A stretch of DNA of 38,324 nt from a virus. Taxonomy: Duplodnaviria; Caudoviricetes. Below the pieces are notes generated by a model. It was not told the DNA's origin and ran no database searches. It saw only the letters and a program-made list of their open reading frames with translations. Within the stretch, counting starts at the first letter, position 1, and each line of letters opens with the position of its first letter. Both the position numbers and the translations under genes were made by a program. Positions 1-8,250 of this stretch are shown in pieces. Location: positions 1 through 38,324 of the IMG/VR virus record IMGVR_UViG_3300039918_000012; one strand, 5' to 3'.

Positions 1-26
1 CTCAAAGTTATTTTTTATATTATTAC

Positions 27-272
27 ATGTTTAGTTGGGTGGTGGAACTTATTGAGTATTATAAAATTTCTCCGCAAAGTCAGGATTTCAAAAATCTAAT
101 GCACCATAAATTTTGTATTCTTGACTTGAAAAGAGTAATTACGGGATCTTTTAATTGGACAAATCGAGCAGGTTATAATAACGAAAATATAGCTGTAATT
201 GAGAATAGGGAGAAGGCTGAGTCTTTTGCTGATGAATTCTTGAAATTGATCGGTAATTTTGAAAGAAAATAA
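27..272 (+). CDS. Phospholipase D-family (HKD) nuclease-like domain, partial or short; true start uncertain (upstream of the window, or ATG at 99)
   Basis: MHHKFCILD-x5-TGSFNWT...NNEN matches the HxK(x4)D(x6)GSxN PLD motif; the frame is open back to the window start. Confidence 0.8.
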   Translation: MFSWVVELIEYYKISPQSQDFKNLMHHKFCILDLKRVITGSFNWTNRAGYNNENIAVIENREKAESFADEFLKLIGNFERK

Positions 273-292
273 AAGGGCGCTAGGCCCTTTTT
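271..292. terminator. Bidirectional intrinsic terminator between convergent PLD and xis-like genes
   Basis: AAAAGGGC-GCTAG-GCCCTTTTT hairpin with A and T tracts on both sides. Confidence 0.65.
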
Positions 293-584
293 AATTTTTA
301 CGTCTTGAGTTTCGTTTACCCGATACGAGATGCATATTTTCCAATATCGGTACGACTTCTTTAGGGTCATAAAGGTGTTTGTTTTCTGATCCCTTGTTAA
401 ATTCACCGACCTTTTCGATGATTGTTTTTCGTGAAAGATTAAAGCGTTCTGCAAGCCATGCTGCGGTAACCCGATTCGGCAATTCTTCGCGTTTCACTTC
501 AACGATTGTGGCATTGCCGATCTTATCTCCCAGATAGAATCGAGGAGGTGTATCGGATTCAACAACGACGATATATTTTCCCAT
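291..584 (-). CDS. Small HTH DNA-binding protein, excisionase-like
   Basis: VTAAWLAERFNLSRKTIIEK helix-turn-helix, basic C-terminal tail, last gene of the early left operon. Confidence 0.6.
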   Translation of the reverse strand: MGKYIVVVESDTPPRFYLGDKIGNATIVEVKREELPNRVTAAWLAERFNLSRKTIIEKVGEFNKGSENKHLYDPKEVVPILENMHLVSGKRNSRRKN

Positions 585-652
585 CAGCTCTTCTCTCCCA
601 AACTCAAAACCACTTCTTCAGGTAAATCACTGCCTTTCTCAATTACGCACAT
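584..652 (-). CDS. 22-aa mini-ORF (MCVIEKGSDLPEEVVLSLGEKS) bridging helicase and xis-like gene; possibly a gene remnant
   Basis: ATG overlaps the helicase 3' end and its TGA overlaps the next ATG (TGATG). Confidence 0.3.
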   Translation of the reverse strand: MCVIEKGSDLPEEVVLSLGEKS

Positions 653-2037
653 TTCTTTTTCATCGCTTCCATTAGTAGATCTTGTACTTCGCGCTTTGAC
701 TCTCTGCGATCCATTACAACAGTGTCCATCGTGTCTTTAGCAACGATGTGGTGAATAAACACAGGTCTGTCATGTCCCGCTTGCGCTTGGCGAGTAGGCC
801 CGATGCGTTCAATGATTTGTTGGTATTCTTCAAGGTTCCACCAGTGCGAAAAGAACACTAAGATATTACCGCCATCTTGCAAATTCAGTCCGTGGCCTGC
901 GCTTTGCGGATGGGCAAACATAACAGGGATTTTTCCGCTATTCCAATCACTGATCGTTTTTGGATTTTTATCTAGGTGTCTGCCTTGAGGAAACGCTTTC
1001 ATTAAACGTTCAAGGTCGCTTTTCCAGTGGTATGAAACAAGCACAGGCATGCCTGCAGCTTCTTCGATAATCGACTCCAAAGCCTTAATTTTTAAATCGT
1101 GGATTGCTTCCCACGATCCGTTTTCATCGGTATAAAGTGCACCACTGGCAATCTGCAAACACTTCATAGTTTTGGACGCTGCGTTAAAAGCTTCGACTTC
1201 GATGCTGTCCGAAAGCTCAATGAACATTTCATTTTCCATTTCGTCGTAAACTTTTCGCGCTTTGCCAGTCAATTCAACTTCAATGACATTCACAATCGGT
1301 TCGTCAATATCGAAATGGTCTTTAGCTTCAAGCGAAATGCAAATATCTTTCAGCTTTTCGTGAATCTCATTTTGCGAATGTTTAAACGGTACAAGTTGTA
1401 CCGCATTGCGATCTGCACCAACTTGAATTTGTTGAAACCAACGCTGAACAAAAGCATTAAAACTTGTGCCGAGTCTTTGACCACGGTCTAAAAACCAAGT
1501 TTGTCCCCACAAGTCTTTTAAGCCGTTTGGGGCAGGTGTCCCCGTTAATTCGATGAATCGTTCTACATATTTATGTGCAACTTTACCAAGTGCTTTGGCG
1601 CGTTTTGAACCTTGGCTGACTCGAAAACCTTTCAGCTTTGTGCTTTCATCGGCCACAACTTTGGTAAAGGGCCATTTAGCGCCTAAATGATCCACCAACC
1701 ATGGCAAATTTTCATAGTTGATCGTATAGACGTGGGCTTTCTGACGTAACGCAGCTTCACGTTCTTTAGGCGTTCCGACTACTGCAACGATCTTAAAGTT
1801 CTCCAGGTGCTGCCACTTGCGAGCTTCGTCCGGCCATGTGCTAGCTGCAACTCGCAAAGGAGCAACGACCAAAGCAGGACTAGGTTCAAGCACTTCTAAA
1901 ATTTCTAAAGCGGTTAGGGTAGAGGAAGTTTTTCCCATCCCCATTCCCGCAAACACACCGCAGCGCGGATTATCGAGAATATGCTCGATAATCGCATTTT
2001 GGTATGGGCGGGCAACGAATGGTTTAGCGGTCATCAC
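643..2037 (-). CDS. SNF2-family (DEAD/DEAH-like) helicase
   Basis: GMGMGKT Walker A, VADES Walker B, LTGTP motif III, SAGHGLNLQ motif V, QIIERIGPTRQ motif VI. Confidence 0.93.
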   Translation of the reverse strand: MMTAKPFVARPYQNAIIEHILDNPRCGVFAGMGMGKTSSTLTALEILEVLEPSPALVVAPLRVAASTWPDEARKWQHLENFKIVAVVGTPKEREAALRQKAHVYTINYENLPWLVDHLGAKWPFTKVVADESTKLKGFRVSQGSKRAKALGKVAHKYVERFIELTGTPAPNGLKDLWGQTWFLDRGQRLGTSFNAFVQRWFQQIQVGADRNAVQLVPFKHSQNEIHEKLKDICISLEAKDHFDIDEPIVNVIEVELTGKARKVYDEMENEMFIELSDSIEVEAFNAASKTMKCLQIASGALYTDENGSWEAIHDLKIKALESIIEEAAGMPVLVSYHWKSDLERLMKAFPQGRHLDKNPKTISDWNSGKIPVMFAHPQSAGHGLNLQDGGNILVFFSHWWNLEEYQQIIERIGPTRQAQAGHDRPVFIHHIVAKDTMDTVVMDRRESKREVQDLLMEAMKKKCA

Positions 2038-2630
2038 GCTTTTCCTTTTTCAAATTGGTGGATTTTGCTTTTGATCTTTGCCATTGCAATGCAGCTTTCA
2101 TGTGTTTCGGGCGTAGATAAAAGTTTGTAAGATTGATTCAAACGAGCAAGCTCACCCCGAGTAATAATTTCTAAGTTATCAAGCCGACAGTCCTGCTTAT
2201 CCTTGTTTTTGAAAACGATTACATACCCCTTTGGCACAGGGCCATGTGCTTGTTGCCAAACGTGACGATGCTTTAGCTCGAATACATTTGGATCCGCAAT
2301 CTTGACTGCAACGTACCCGTCTTTAGTAATTCGTTCATACCCGACAGGTTGCCAGTTGTGCGGCCTGTTGCCTTTCTTAAAGCTTGTTGTGTTAGCACCC
2401 ATGTAACCTGATTTGCCAAGGTTCCAAGGTGTACTGCCTTTTTCAATACGACCTGTACGACCAGTCAGTGCGCCAACGCGTTCGCACTTTGTATTTAGCG
2501 TTCTGCGACTAATGTTTGTACCGAACTTTTTATTGAAAAGGGCGGTCATCTCTTTACGTAACATTGTTTTATGTTCGTGTAGAAATTCGACCATTTCGTC
2601 GGTGTAAACCAATCGAATTCCTTTAGGCAT
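2034..2630 (-). CDS. HNH endonuclease-like protein (HNH_3 type), paralog 1
   Basis: GRIEKGSTPWN, GYERITKDGYVAVKI, KHRHVWQQAHGPVPKGYVIVFKNKDKQDCRLDNL; start placed at ATG 2630 after an AGGA RBS. Confidence 0.85.
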   Translation of the reverse strand: MPKGIRLVYTDEMVEFLHEHKTMLRKEMTALFNKKFGTNISRRTLNTKCERVGALTGRTGRIEKGSTPWNLGKSGYMGANTTSFKKGNRPHNWQPVGYERITKDGYVAVKIADPNVFELKHRHVWQQAHGPVPKGYVIVFKNKDKQDCRLDNLEIITRGELARLNQSYKLLSTPETHESCIAMAKIKSKIHQFEKGKA

Positions 2631-3342
2631 CTTGCTTTTCCTTCTGGTAAATCTTGTGGTCAATTTGTGCCATGGTTAGAAGCACCGGCTTTAATTCTGC
2701 AGGTGCTTCGTGATGGCGATAACGTCTTGTTAAAATCCCCGTCGCGCCACGATGTACTGCAACTAAATTACTCGGATGGAAGTTCGTATCGTTCCCGTCC
2801 TTAAACTTAATTACGTGTTGATCGGGGATTGCACCGAAATGGTTTTCATAGATCACATGGTGTTTAAGTCGGTACTCACTCGGCATGCCGAATTTTACAT
2901 ATACACGCCCGCGCTTATCAGGTCGGGTTTCGTATCCGATCGGCTTTTCAACAAAAGCCACCCCTTTACGCCACCCTTCATGTTCACCAAAGCGCCCAGT
3001 GCGTTTTGAAGTGAATCCGCGTCGCACGCACATATTTGTGACTGCTGTATAAGTCATGTTCAGATCAAATTTTTCATTCACAGCGATAACTAACTCTTTA
3101 CGTGGCATATCACGGTTATCGCTTAGGAACTGAATCACAGCTTGGTCATAGTGAGATCCGCCTTTATCACTGCGACCACTTAACCAACGGTTGCGTTTGC
3201 ACAAAGAGTTCAAAGCGTGGATTGAAACGTCGGCCCGATCAAATTTAGCAACGAAAGCTTTGTGCAATTCGGTACGAATCATCATGTGGTTCTCTTCAAT
3301 AAACGCCAATTCTTTAGCTGAATATTGCGTCGGACGTCCCAT
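2623..3342 (-). CDS. HNH endonuclease-like protein (HNH_3 type), paralog 2, with duplicated N-terminal helical repeat
   Basis: KHHVIYENHFGAIPDQHVIKFKDGNDTNFHPSNL; two repeats (YSAKELAFI... and YDQAVIQFL...). Confidence 0.82.
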   Translation of the reverse strand: MGRPTQYSAKELAFIEENHMMIRTELHKAFVAKFDRADVSIHALNSLCKRNRWLSGRSDKGGSHYDQAVIQFLSDNRDMPRKELVIAVNEKFDLNMTYTAVTNMCVRRGFTSKRTGRFGEHEGWRKGVAFVEKPIGYETRPDKRGRVYVKFGMPSEYRLKHHVIYENHFGAIPDQHVIKFKDGNDTNFHPSNLVAVHRGATGILTRRYRHHEAPAELKPVLLTMAQIDHKIYQKEKQDA

Positions 3343-3344
3343 TG

Positions 3345-3584
3345 TTATTCACCAATCAATGTAGGTACTTTGCGGCTTTCAGGGGGCAATAGCTTTTGCG
3401 CATCTACCGCCAATTGGTTAAGTGCAATAATTTGAGAAGCTGTTTCATTGACCATTTTTGCTTGCTTAAAACGTTTTTCTACCTGGGCATCTGCAAGCTC
3501 GTTGCCATCTGTATCTGTCAAGTCGCTTAGTGCTTCAAGCTGCGCCATTAAAATATTGTGCACGTCGCTGATTTTATTTTTCAT
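3345..3584 (-). CDS. Conserved small phage protein usually found upstream of this HNH family
   Basis: MKNKISDVHNILMAQLEALSD...ASQII pattern; start overlaps the VRR-NUC stop. Confidence 0.7.
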   Translation of the reverse strand: MKNKISDVHNILMAQLEALSDLTDTDGNELADAQVEKRFKQAKMVNETASQIIALNQLAVDAQKLLPPESRKVPTLIGE

Positions 3585-3844
3585 TTCAATAATTCCTGTA
3601 TTCGTTCAATAGATTCGATCACTTCAATTCGTTGCCCCATTCGTCGCATGCGTTCATGCTCACGCGCTTGGGCAGGGGTAGGTTTTTCACCTGGTGCTTT
3701 AAGCTCTGCCCAAAACGAATTGCCTTTGATCATTACGAATCGGTCGGGAGCGCTGTTTCGACCAATCCATTTCACTTTTCTAACTTCACCGCCTAGTGCT
3801 TTGACTTGCTGCACTAGGCTTTTTTCAATTTGCGATTCGCGCAT
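3581..3844 (-). CDS. VRR-NUC domain nuclease (stand-alone, resolvase-like)
   Basis: MRESQIEK..., APDR...WAELKAPGEKPTPAQ PD-(D/E)xK signature. Confidence 0.92.
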   Translation of the reverse strand: MRESQIEKSLVQQVKALGGEVRKVKWIGRNSAPDRFVMIKGNSFWAELKAPGEKPTPAQAREHERMRRMGQRIEVIESIERIQELLK

Positions 3845-3846
3845 GC

Positions 3847-4425
3847 TTATGCACGTAAAGGCGCAATTACGCCTTTGGCATGGTGGTCAAATAGCGTGCC
3901 GTCAAAATCGACCAAAGCCGCTTCGCTTACTGACTTTGGACGCAATCCGACTTGAAGGCCGTTACCGCCCAAGGCTTTATGGATTTTTTGGAAGTCAGTC
4001 ATGAGTGCCCAGTTGAATGTTGGGTAATACCCTTGATACTCACTTGGCACATCTTTTGGAAAAATACGCTGCCAATCGGGGAATTTCTCATTAATAGGGA
4101 TAAACAGTTCATGTGCTTGTAGGGGAATGTTTGAAATTTTTCCTTGCCGTGCTTTAGGGTCAATCGAAATAACACAATGTCCTTTGCGGTTTTTGGACGG
4201 TACTTTTTTAATGAAAGCCTTGATCGCTTCGGTCGGGATGATGATTGAAATGTTTTCATCCAATCCATCGATTTTGCAGGCAAACGCACGATGCCCGTCG
4301 GTTGAAACAACGTGACCTTTATTAATAGCCACGCCGTTTAAGTAAAAACGAACATCATTTTTAGCAGCACAAAATGTTGCTGCGTCTAGCACCTGCATAG
4401 GGATTTCAATTTCGATGTTTTCCAT
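3847..4425 (-). CDS. DNA polymerase III beta-clamp-like protein (truncated phage type)
   Basis: AAKNDVRFYLNGV, VSTDGHRA and KFPDWQRIFP resemble DnaN middle-domain motifs (DxRYYLNG, ATDGHRL, FPDYxRV). Confidence 0.8.
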   Translation of the reverse strand: MENIEIEIPMQVLDAATFCAAKNDVRFYLNGVAINKGHVVSTDGHRAFACKIDGLDENISIIIPTEAIKAFIKKVPSKNRKGHCVISIDPKARQGKISNIPLQAHELFIPINEKFPDWQRIFPKDVPSEYQGYYPTFNWALMTDFQKIHKALGGNGLQVGLRPKSVSEAALVDFDGTLFDHHAKGVIAPLRA

Positions 4426-4440
4426 GTTGGTTTCCTCTAA

Positions 4441-6504
4441 TCAATCTTTTTTGTAGCGATAAGATTCAAAACCTGCTGCTAACGGTAAATCGCTTGCCCA
4501 TTCGGGGTTTGCTGCAAGCAGTTTTGAAAGGTTTTCGTGGTTAAATTCGGGTAGGTCAGATGCCTCTGTGATCACTTCATCGTGAACAGTCAAAACAATT
4601 TCATAGCCTTCAGCCTCAATTTTTGGCATGTTGTGCGCTAGTACATCGCGCGAAAATGCTTGTGTGATGTTCTCGGCTAATTTCCCGCCGTAGGTATAAA
4701 GGCGCTCCCATTTGCGGGTGTATTGGTTGTTACCCATGTAAGAAATACGACCGTCAATTTCAGCACGTGCACTTGGGTAGCAGAGGAAACGACCGCTTGG
4801 CAGTTTGATTAAAAGCCAGCTTCCTTTTTTTAACATCACAACTTTGCGGCACGGAAATGCTACACCTGGGCTATTAATAGCTTTGATTGCGGTGAGTTTT
4901 AATTCAGACCACCATGCAGAAATGTTTGGATGTGCATAGCGCCATGAGCGCTTGAAGGAATCGCAAACTAGCCAAGTGTTTTTCTTTAAGCCAAAGGTGT
5001 TGCGTCGTTCTTTTTTATGCCACTCCCAAGCACGGATTGCTTCATTCATAACGCTGCGATCAATACTGTTGAAAGCAAGCTCAGCCATTGCATCTAGGTC
5101 TAAACCATATGCAGATGCGAAAGTCAGGAATGCACCGACACCACCTTCATATCCCAAAGCCAATTCTTGCACTTTGCCGACTTGACGCTGTTCTTTATCC
5201 ACCGTTTCAGGCGATACGCCAAAAGATTTTGCGTATGACAATTTATAAAGGTCATGGCCCTTGCCCGCATCGAAATCACGGAATGCTTGGTTTTTCCATT
5301 CTTCACCTGCAAGCCAAGCTAAACCGCGACCTTCAATATTCGATAAGTCAGTAATGACAAGCTTTTTGCCTTTTGGCGCTTGGATGCATCCTCGGATGGC
5401 AGATGAAGTAAGCTCCATGACGTTTTCGTAAAACAGATCCGCACAGCCGAGTTTTAAAACTTCAATACCTTCATCGATCACCGACTGTTTTAAAGCGGGT
5501 CTTGGTAGGTTTTGCGGTTGAAATAAACGACCTGCCCAACGTCCTGTGCGGGATGCGCCGTTGAATTGCAAAGTGCCACGGAGACGCCCATCGGTGTTAG
5601 TACCCAAACTAAGTGCTTTGTATTTGGCTGTACTCGTAGTCGAGGCTTGCAAACGGATTGCAATAAGTTCTCGTACCGCAATTGGTAGAGAATCATCATT
5701 GAGTCTTCGCTCAAGTGTTGATTTTTGCATGTCGGGTAAGCTGACATTATGTGCGCTGAGGATATGTTTAAGCATTGCATCGCGTTGTGTTGCTGCTTCA
5801 ACTTCGCCATAGGTCATTTCTCTTGTTTGTTTAGCAAGCTCAACCTGTGCTTTGTCCACAGCTTCAATCGCAGATTGCACCAGGTCGAGATCGATGCACA
5901 CACCTCGGTCATTAATTTTTTGGTCAAGGTGCCAAAGTGCCAACTCGCCTTTGCGGTAATTCCATTTCGGCATTTTTTTACGCAGTTCGCGCATCGCCAA
6001 AATATCGTTTTTTGCATAAGCTAAAAACTCAGCCCATTTTTCAGGATGCGTTTCGCGTGTGGCTCGGCGATCTTTGCTTGTTTTAGGACGTGGTTTGCAG
6101 AACAATTGAATCAATTGCTTACCAGCTTTATCTTTTGCTTTATCTGCATCGACACCAAAGATTTCACAAAGTGAACCCAAAGCACCTGGTAATGAATGGC
6201 TTAATGCTTGAACCATGGTGTCTTCCCAACGTTCTATTTTCAGATCAAGAAATGGACGTGCATAGCGTAAAACAGTACGGTCGAATCCTGAATTGTGAGC
6301 AATTAGCTTTACAGATGGGTTGTGCAAAAGGGCAACTAGCTCTTTGCTCATTGGTGCTGCTGTTAAATCTTCAACATTTACTTCGCCATCGTTTAAAGCC
6401 CATGCGAAAATCATCACTTCCGCATTTTCTGCATAAGCATGTGTACCGTTTTTGATCGGCGTTTCGCTGTATGTTTCGAGGTCGAGAAATAATTCGAGTT
6501 GCAT
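4441..6504 (-). CDS. Phage family-A DNA polymerase with 3'-5' exonuclease
   Basis: DLETYS Exo I, AHNSGFD Exo II, RTGRWAG, DLSNIEGR motif A, RQVGKVQELALGYEGG motif B, VHDE motif C. Confidence 0.95.
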   Translation of the reverse strand: MQLELFLDLETYSETPIKNGTHAYAENAEVMIFAWALNDGEVNVEDLTAAPMSKELVALLHNPSVKLIAHNSGFDRTVLRYARPFLDLKIERWEDTMVQALSHSLPGALGSLCEIFGVDADKAKDKAGKQLIQLFCKPRPKTSKDRRATRETHPEKWAEFLAYAKNDILAMRELRKKMPKWNYRKGELALWHLDQKINDRGVCIDLDLVQSAIEAVDKAQVELAKQTREMTYGEVEAATQRDAMLKHILSAHNVSLPDMQKSTLERRLNDDSLPIAVRELIAIRLQASTTSTAKYKALSLGTNTDGRLRGTLQFNGASRTGRWAGRLFQPQNLPRPALKQSVIDEGIEVLKLGCADLFYENVMELTSSAIRGCIQAPKGKKLVITDLSNIEGRGLAWLAGEEWKNQAFRDFDAGKGHDLYKLSYAKSFGVSPETVDKEQRQVGKVQELALGYEGGVGAFLTFASAYGLDLDAMAELAFNSIDRSVMNEAIRAWEWHKKERRNTFGLKKNTWLVCDSFKRSWRYAHPNISAWWSELKLTAIKAINSPGVAFPCRKVVMLKKGSWLLIKLPSGRFLCYPSARAEIDGRISYMGNNQYTRKWERLYTYGGKLAENITQAFSRDVLAHNMPKIEAEGYEIVLTVHDEVITEASDLPEFNHENLSKLLAANPEWASDLPLAAGFESYRYKKD

Positions 6505-6506
6505 TT

Positions 6507-7259
6507 TTATTCCCCGTACACTTCTCGATTAGCAATTCGATATAGACCGCTAAAAACTTTTTGAGCCGTGCTTGTATGGATGCCTAATTCTTTTGCTAAC
6601 CGTACGCGATCACCGTGTTGACCAACAACATTTAAAAATGCTTTGGCAAGATCAACTTTGTCTTTAGGGTTTGGTGAGTTTTCAGCAGGACGTCCTGTTT
6701 TGATTTTCTGCCCAGTTAAATGGGAAATGCACGCCTGTAAAATTACGGATACATCGGTGCTAGATACGAAACCGTTTGAAATGCGTTGTGCAAATTCTTC
6801 AGGGGTAGCAATATGCGCTTGTGGGTGGATTGGTGAAAATGTTTTTGGTAAACCGTCTTCTATATTTACAACCCAACGCCCTTCGAAATCAGGTTTATTG
6901 TTTTTTTCTTGTAGACGTTTTTCCATCTCGTTAAAACGATTGATGTAAAGCTCTTTGAATTTTGCAGCTTCTTTGCCTGTGTAACCCATGCAAAGGAAAG
7001 TAAATCCGTCACGGGTCATTTCATAAATTGGAACTTGACGATTTGCTACCCCAATTTTACGGGTTTCGTGCGTGAGCTGAAAATTGAGCTTACGGAAATT
7101 TTCAGAGCAGTCTAATTCTTGAATATCACGCAGAACATGTTTATGTTCTTTTTTAAATATTTTAGCAACGTGTTCAGAGGTAGTGATGGCTTTGCCATCT
7201 TTTAGAAATACAGCAGATGTGTTTGTAGAAATTGCAGAAGCAACTTGTGCATTAGACAT
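6507..7259 (-). CDS. Rha-family phage regulatory / antirepressor protein (frame is open upstream to 7574 as an Ash-like leader)
   Basis: TTSEHVAKIFKKEHKHVLRDIQELDCS, YEMTRDGFTFLCMGYTGKEAAKFKELYINRFNEME; GGAG RBS before ATG 7259. Confidence 0.9.
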   Translation of the reverse strand: MSNAQVASAISTNTSAVFLKDGKAITTSEHVAKIFKKEHKHVLRDIQELDCSENFRKLNFQLTHETRKIGVANRQVPIYEMTRDGFTFLCMGYTGKEAAKFKELYINRFNEMEKRLQEKNNKPDFEGRWVVNIEDGLPKTFSPIHPQAHIATPEEFAQRISNGFVSSTDVSVILQACISHLTGQKIKTGRPAENSPNPKDKVDLAKAFLNVVGQHGDRVRLAKELGIHTSTAQKVFSGLYRIANREVYGE

Positions 7260-7267
7260 TTGATTGT

Positions 7268-7312
7268 CTCCTATAGATGTGTGATTTTCCTCACCATCCA
7301 AAGAGACCAATC
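7268..7312 (-). promoter_or_regulatory. Downstream c4 target pair, overlapping the rha RBS
   Basis: mRNA GAUUGGUCUC (7312-7303) and UCUAUAGGAG (7277-7268, contains the SD) are complementary to the C4 segments. Confidence 0.75.
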
Positions 7313-7317
7313 TAAGG

Positions 7318-7391
7318 GTGGCGGGTTGTGCAGGATTGGTCTTACCGTCTATAGGAGCGGCGAGCCGAAGCTCTCCCACACAACCCACCAT
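7318..7391 (-). ncRNA. C4-like antisense RNA (P1/P7 c4, P4 CI type)
   Basis: Minus strand: long stem GGUGGGUUGUGUGGGA/UCCUGCACAACCCGCC, a GAGC-UUCG-GCUC hairpin, and segments CUCCUAUAGA and AGACCAAUC complementary to flanking target sites. Confidence 0.8.
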
Positions 7392-7486
7392 AAAGTTACG
7401 TGAGTCCAATTTTGGACTTACGCAAAAAGGCAGATTGCTGACACAAAAAAGCACGCAATTTTCGACAAACTTAAGCGTACTTGTGT

Positions 7487-7571
7487 CGCCTACAGAAACA
7501 GGGAGACCAATCCCTACACTTGATTTTGCAAGTGCATGGCTAGGGTAGTACACTGCGTTATTATTTGTCAA
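7487..7571 (-). promoter_or_regulatory. Upstream c4 target pair and probable promoter of the c4-rha cassette
   Basis: Second GAUUGGUCUC copy (7512-7503), UCUGUAGGCG (7496-7487), perfect TTGACA -35 at 7571-7566. Confidence 0.65.
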
Positions 7572-7678
7572 CATGGTTTTTTGTCCTTTGCAAAATTGCT
7601 TTGGTGAAATAAACGCAGAGGGTCAGCTATACATTTATTTCCCAAAGCAACCGCCGAAGCGGGTGCTGTTGTTTAGGA

Positions 7679-8233
7679 TTAAGCCAGCAGTGGATCGTCT
7701 TCGAGTTCATCCGTAGCAAGGTCGTCAAATTCATCGTCAGACGCTACGCCACCGCCTGCAAAGGCTTCACCATCTTTTAAGAATTGAACACCGCGTAATG
7801 AAGCGTTAATGCGCTTGCCGTAATTGTTGTCTTGCGCCCAGAGTTCAATCGAAGCGTTTACATAACAGCCCGCGTAAGGTTTACCGTCTGATTCAACCAG
7901 TGGGGTTTTGTCACGATCTAGAACGATAGGGCGTGTCTTGTTTCGTGCTGAAACAAAGAAGTTGCCTTCATAGCCTTCGTATTCAGCTTTTGAATCGCCG
8001 TTGTGTAGTGCGAAAGCATCCTTTGCTTCAATCGTCTTTTTAACAGTTGGCCACTTAGCGCCCCACTTGTCTTGCCCCAGCTTTTCAAAAGCTGCTTGCA
8101 ACTCTTTAACAGCAGGATGGTCTGGAGCCATCAAGAATGACGCAGAGAAAGCTGGTGCACCTTCACCGTTCACGGTTTTTGCTTCAAACAAAGCAGGGAA
8201 TGCAAGTCTTACGTTTGATAATTTGATTTTCAT
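7679..8233 (-). CDS. ssDNA-binding protein, DUF2815 / T7 gp2.5-like
   Basis: NVRLAFPALF, YAGCYVNASI, LRGVQFLKDGEAFAGG, acidic C-terminal tail. Confidence 0.9.
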   Translation of the reverse strand: MKIKLSNVRLAFPALFEAKTVNGEGAPAFSASFLMAPDHPAVKELQAAFEKLGQDKWGAKWPTVKKTIEAKDAFALHNGDSKAEYEGYEGNFFVSARNKTRPIVLDRDKTPLVESDGKPYAGCYVNASIELWAQDNNYGKRINASLRGVQFLKDGEAFAGGGVASDDEFDDLATDELEDDPLLA

Positions 8234-8250
8234 GTGTTTGTTTCCTTTAA

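Noticed and set aside
4441-4490. Possible inactivating one-codon deletion in the PolA C-terminus (LPLAAGFE)
   Set aside because: The frame is intact and I cannot align homologs to show a residue is missing
7260-7574. 105-aa N-terminal extension as an obligatory part of the Rha protein
   Set aside because: A good RBS precedes ATG 7259 and the region is explained by c4 RNA structure; read-through from 7574 is possible but unproven
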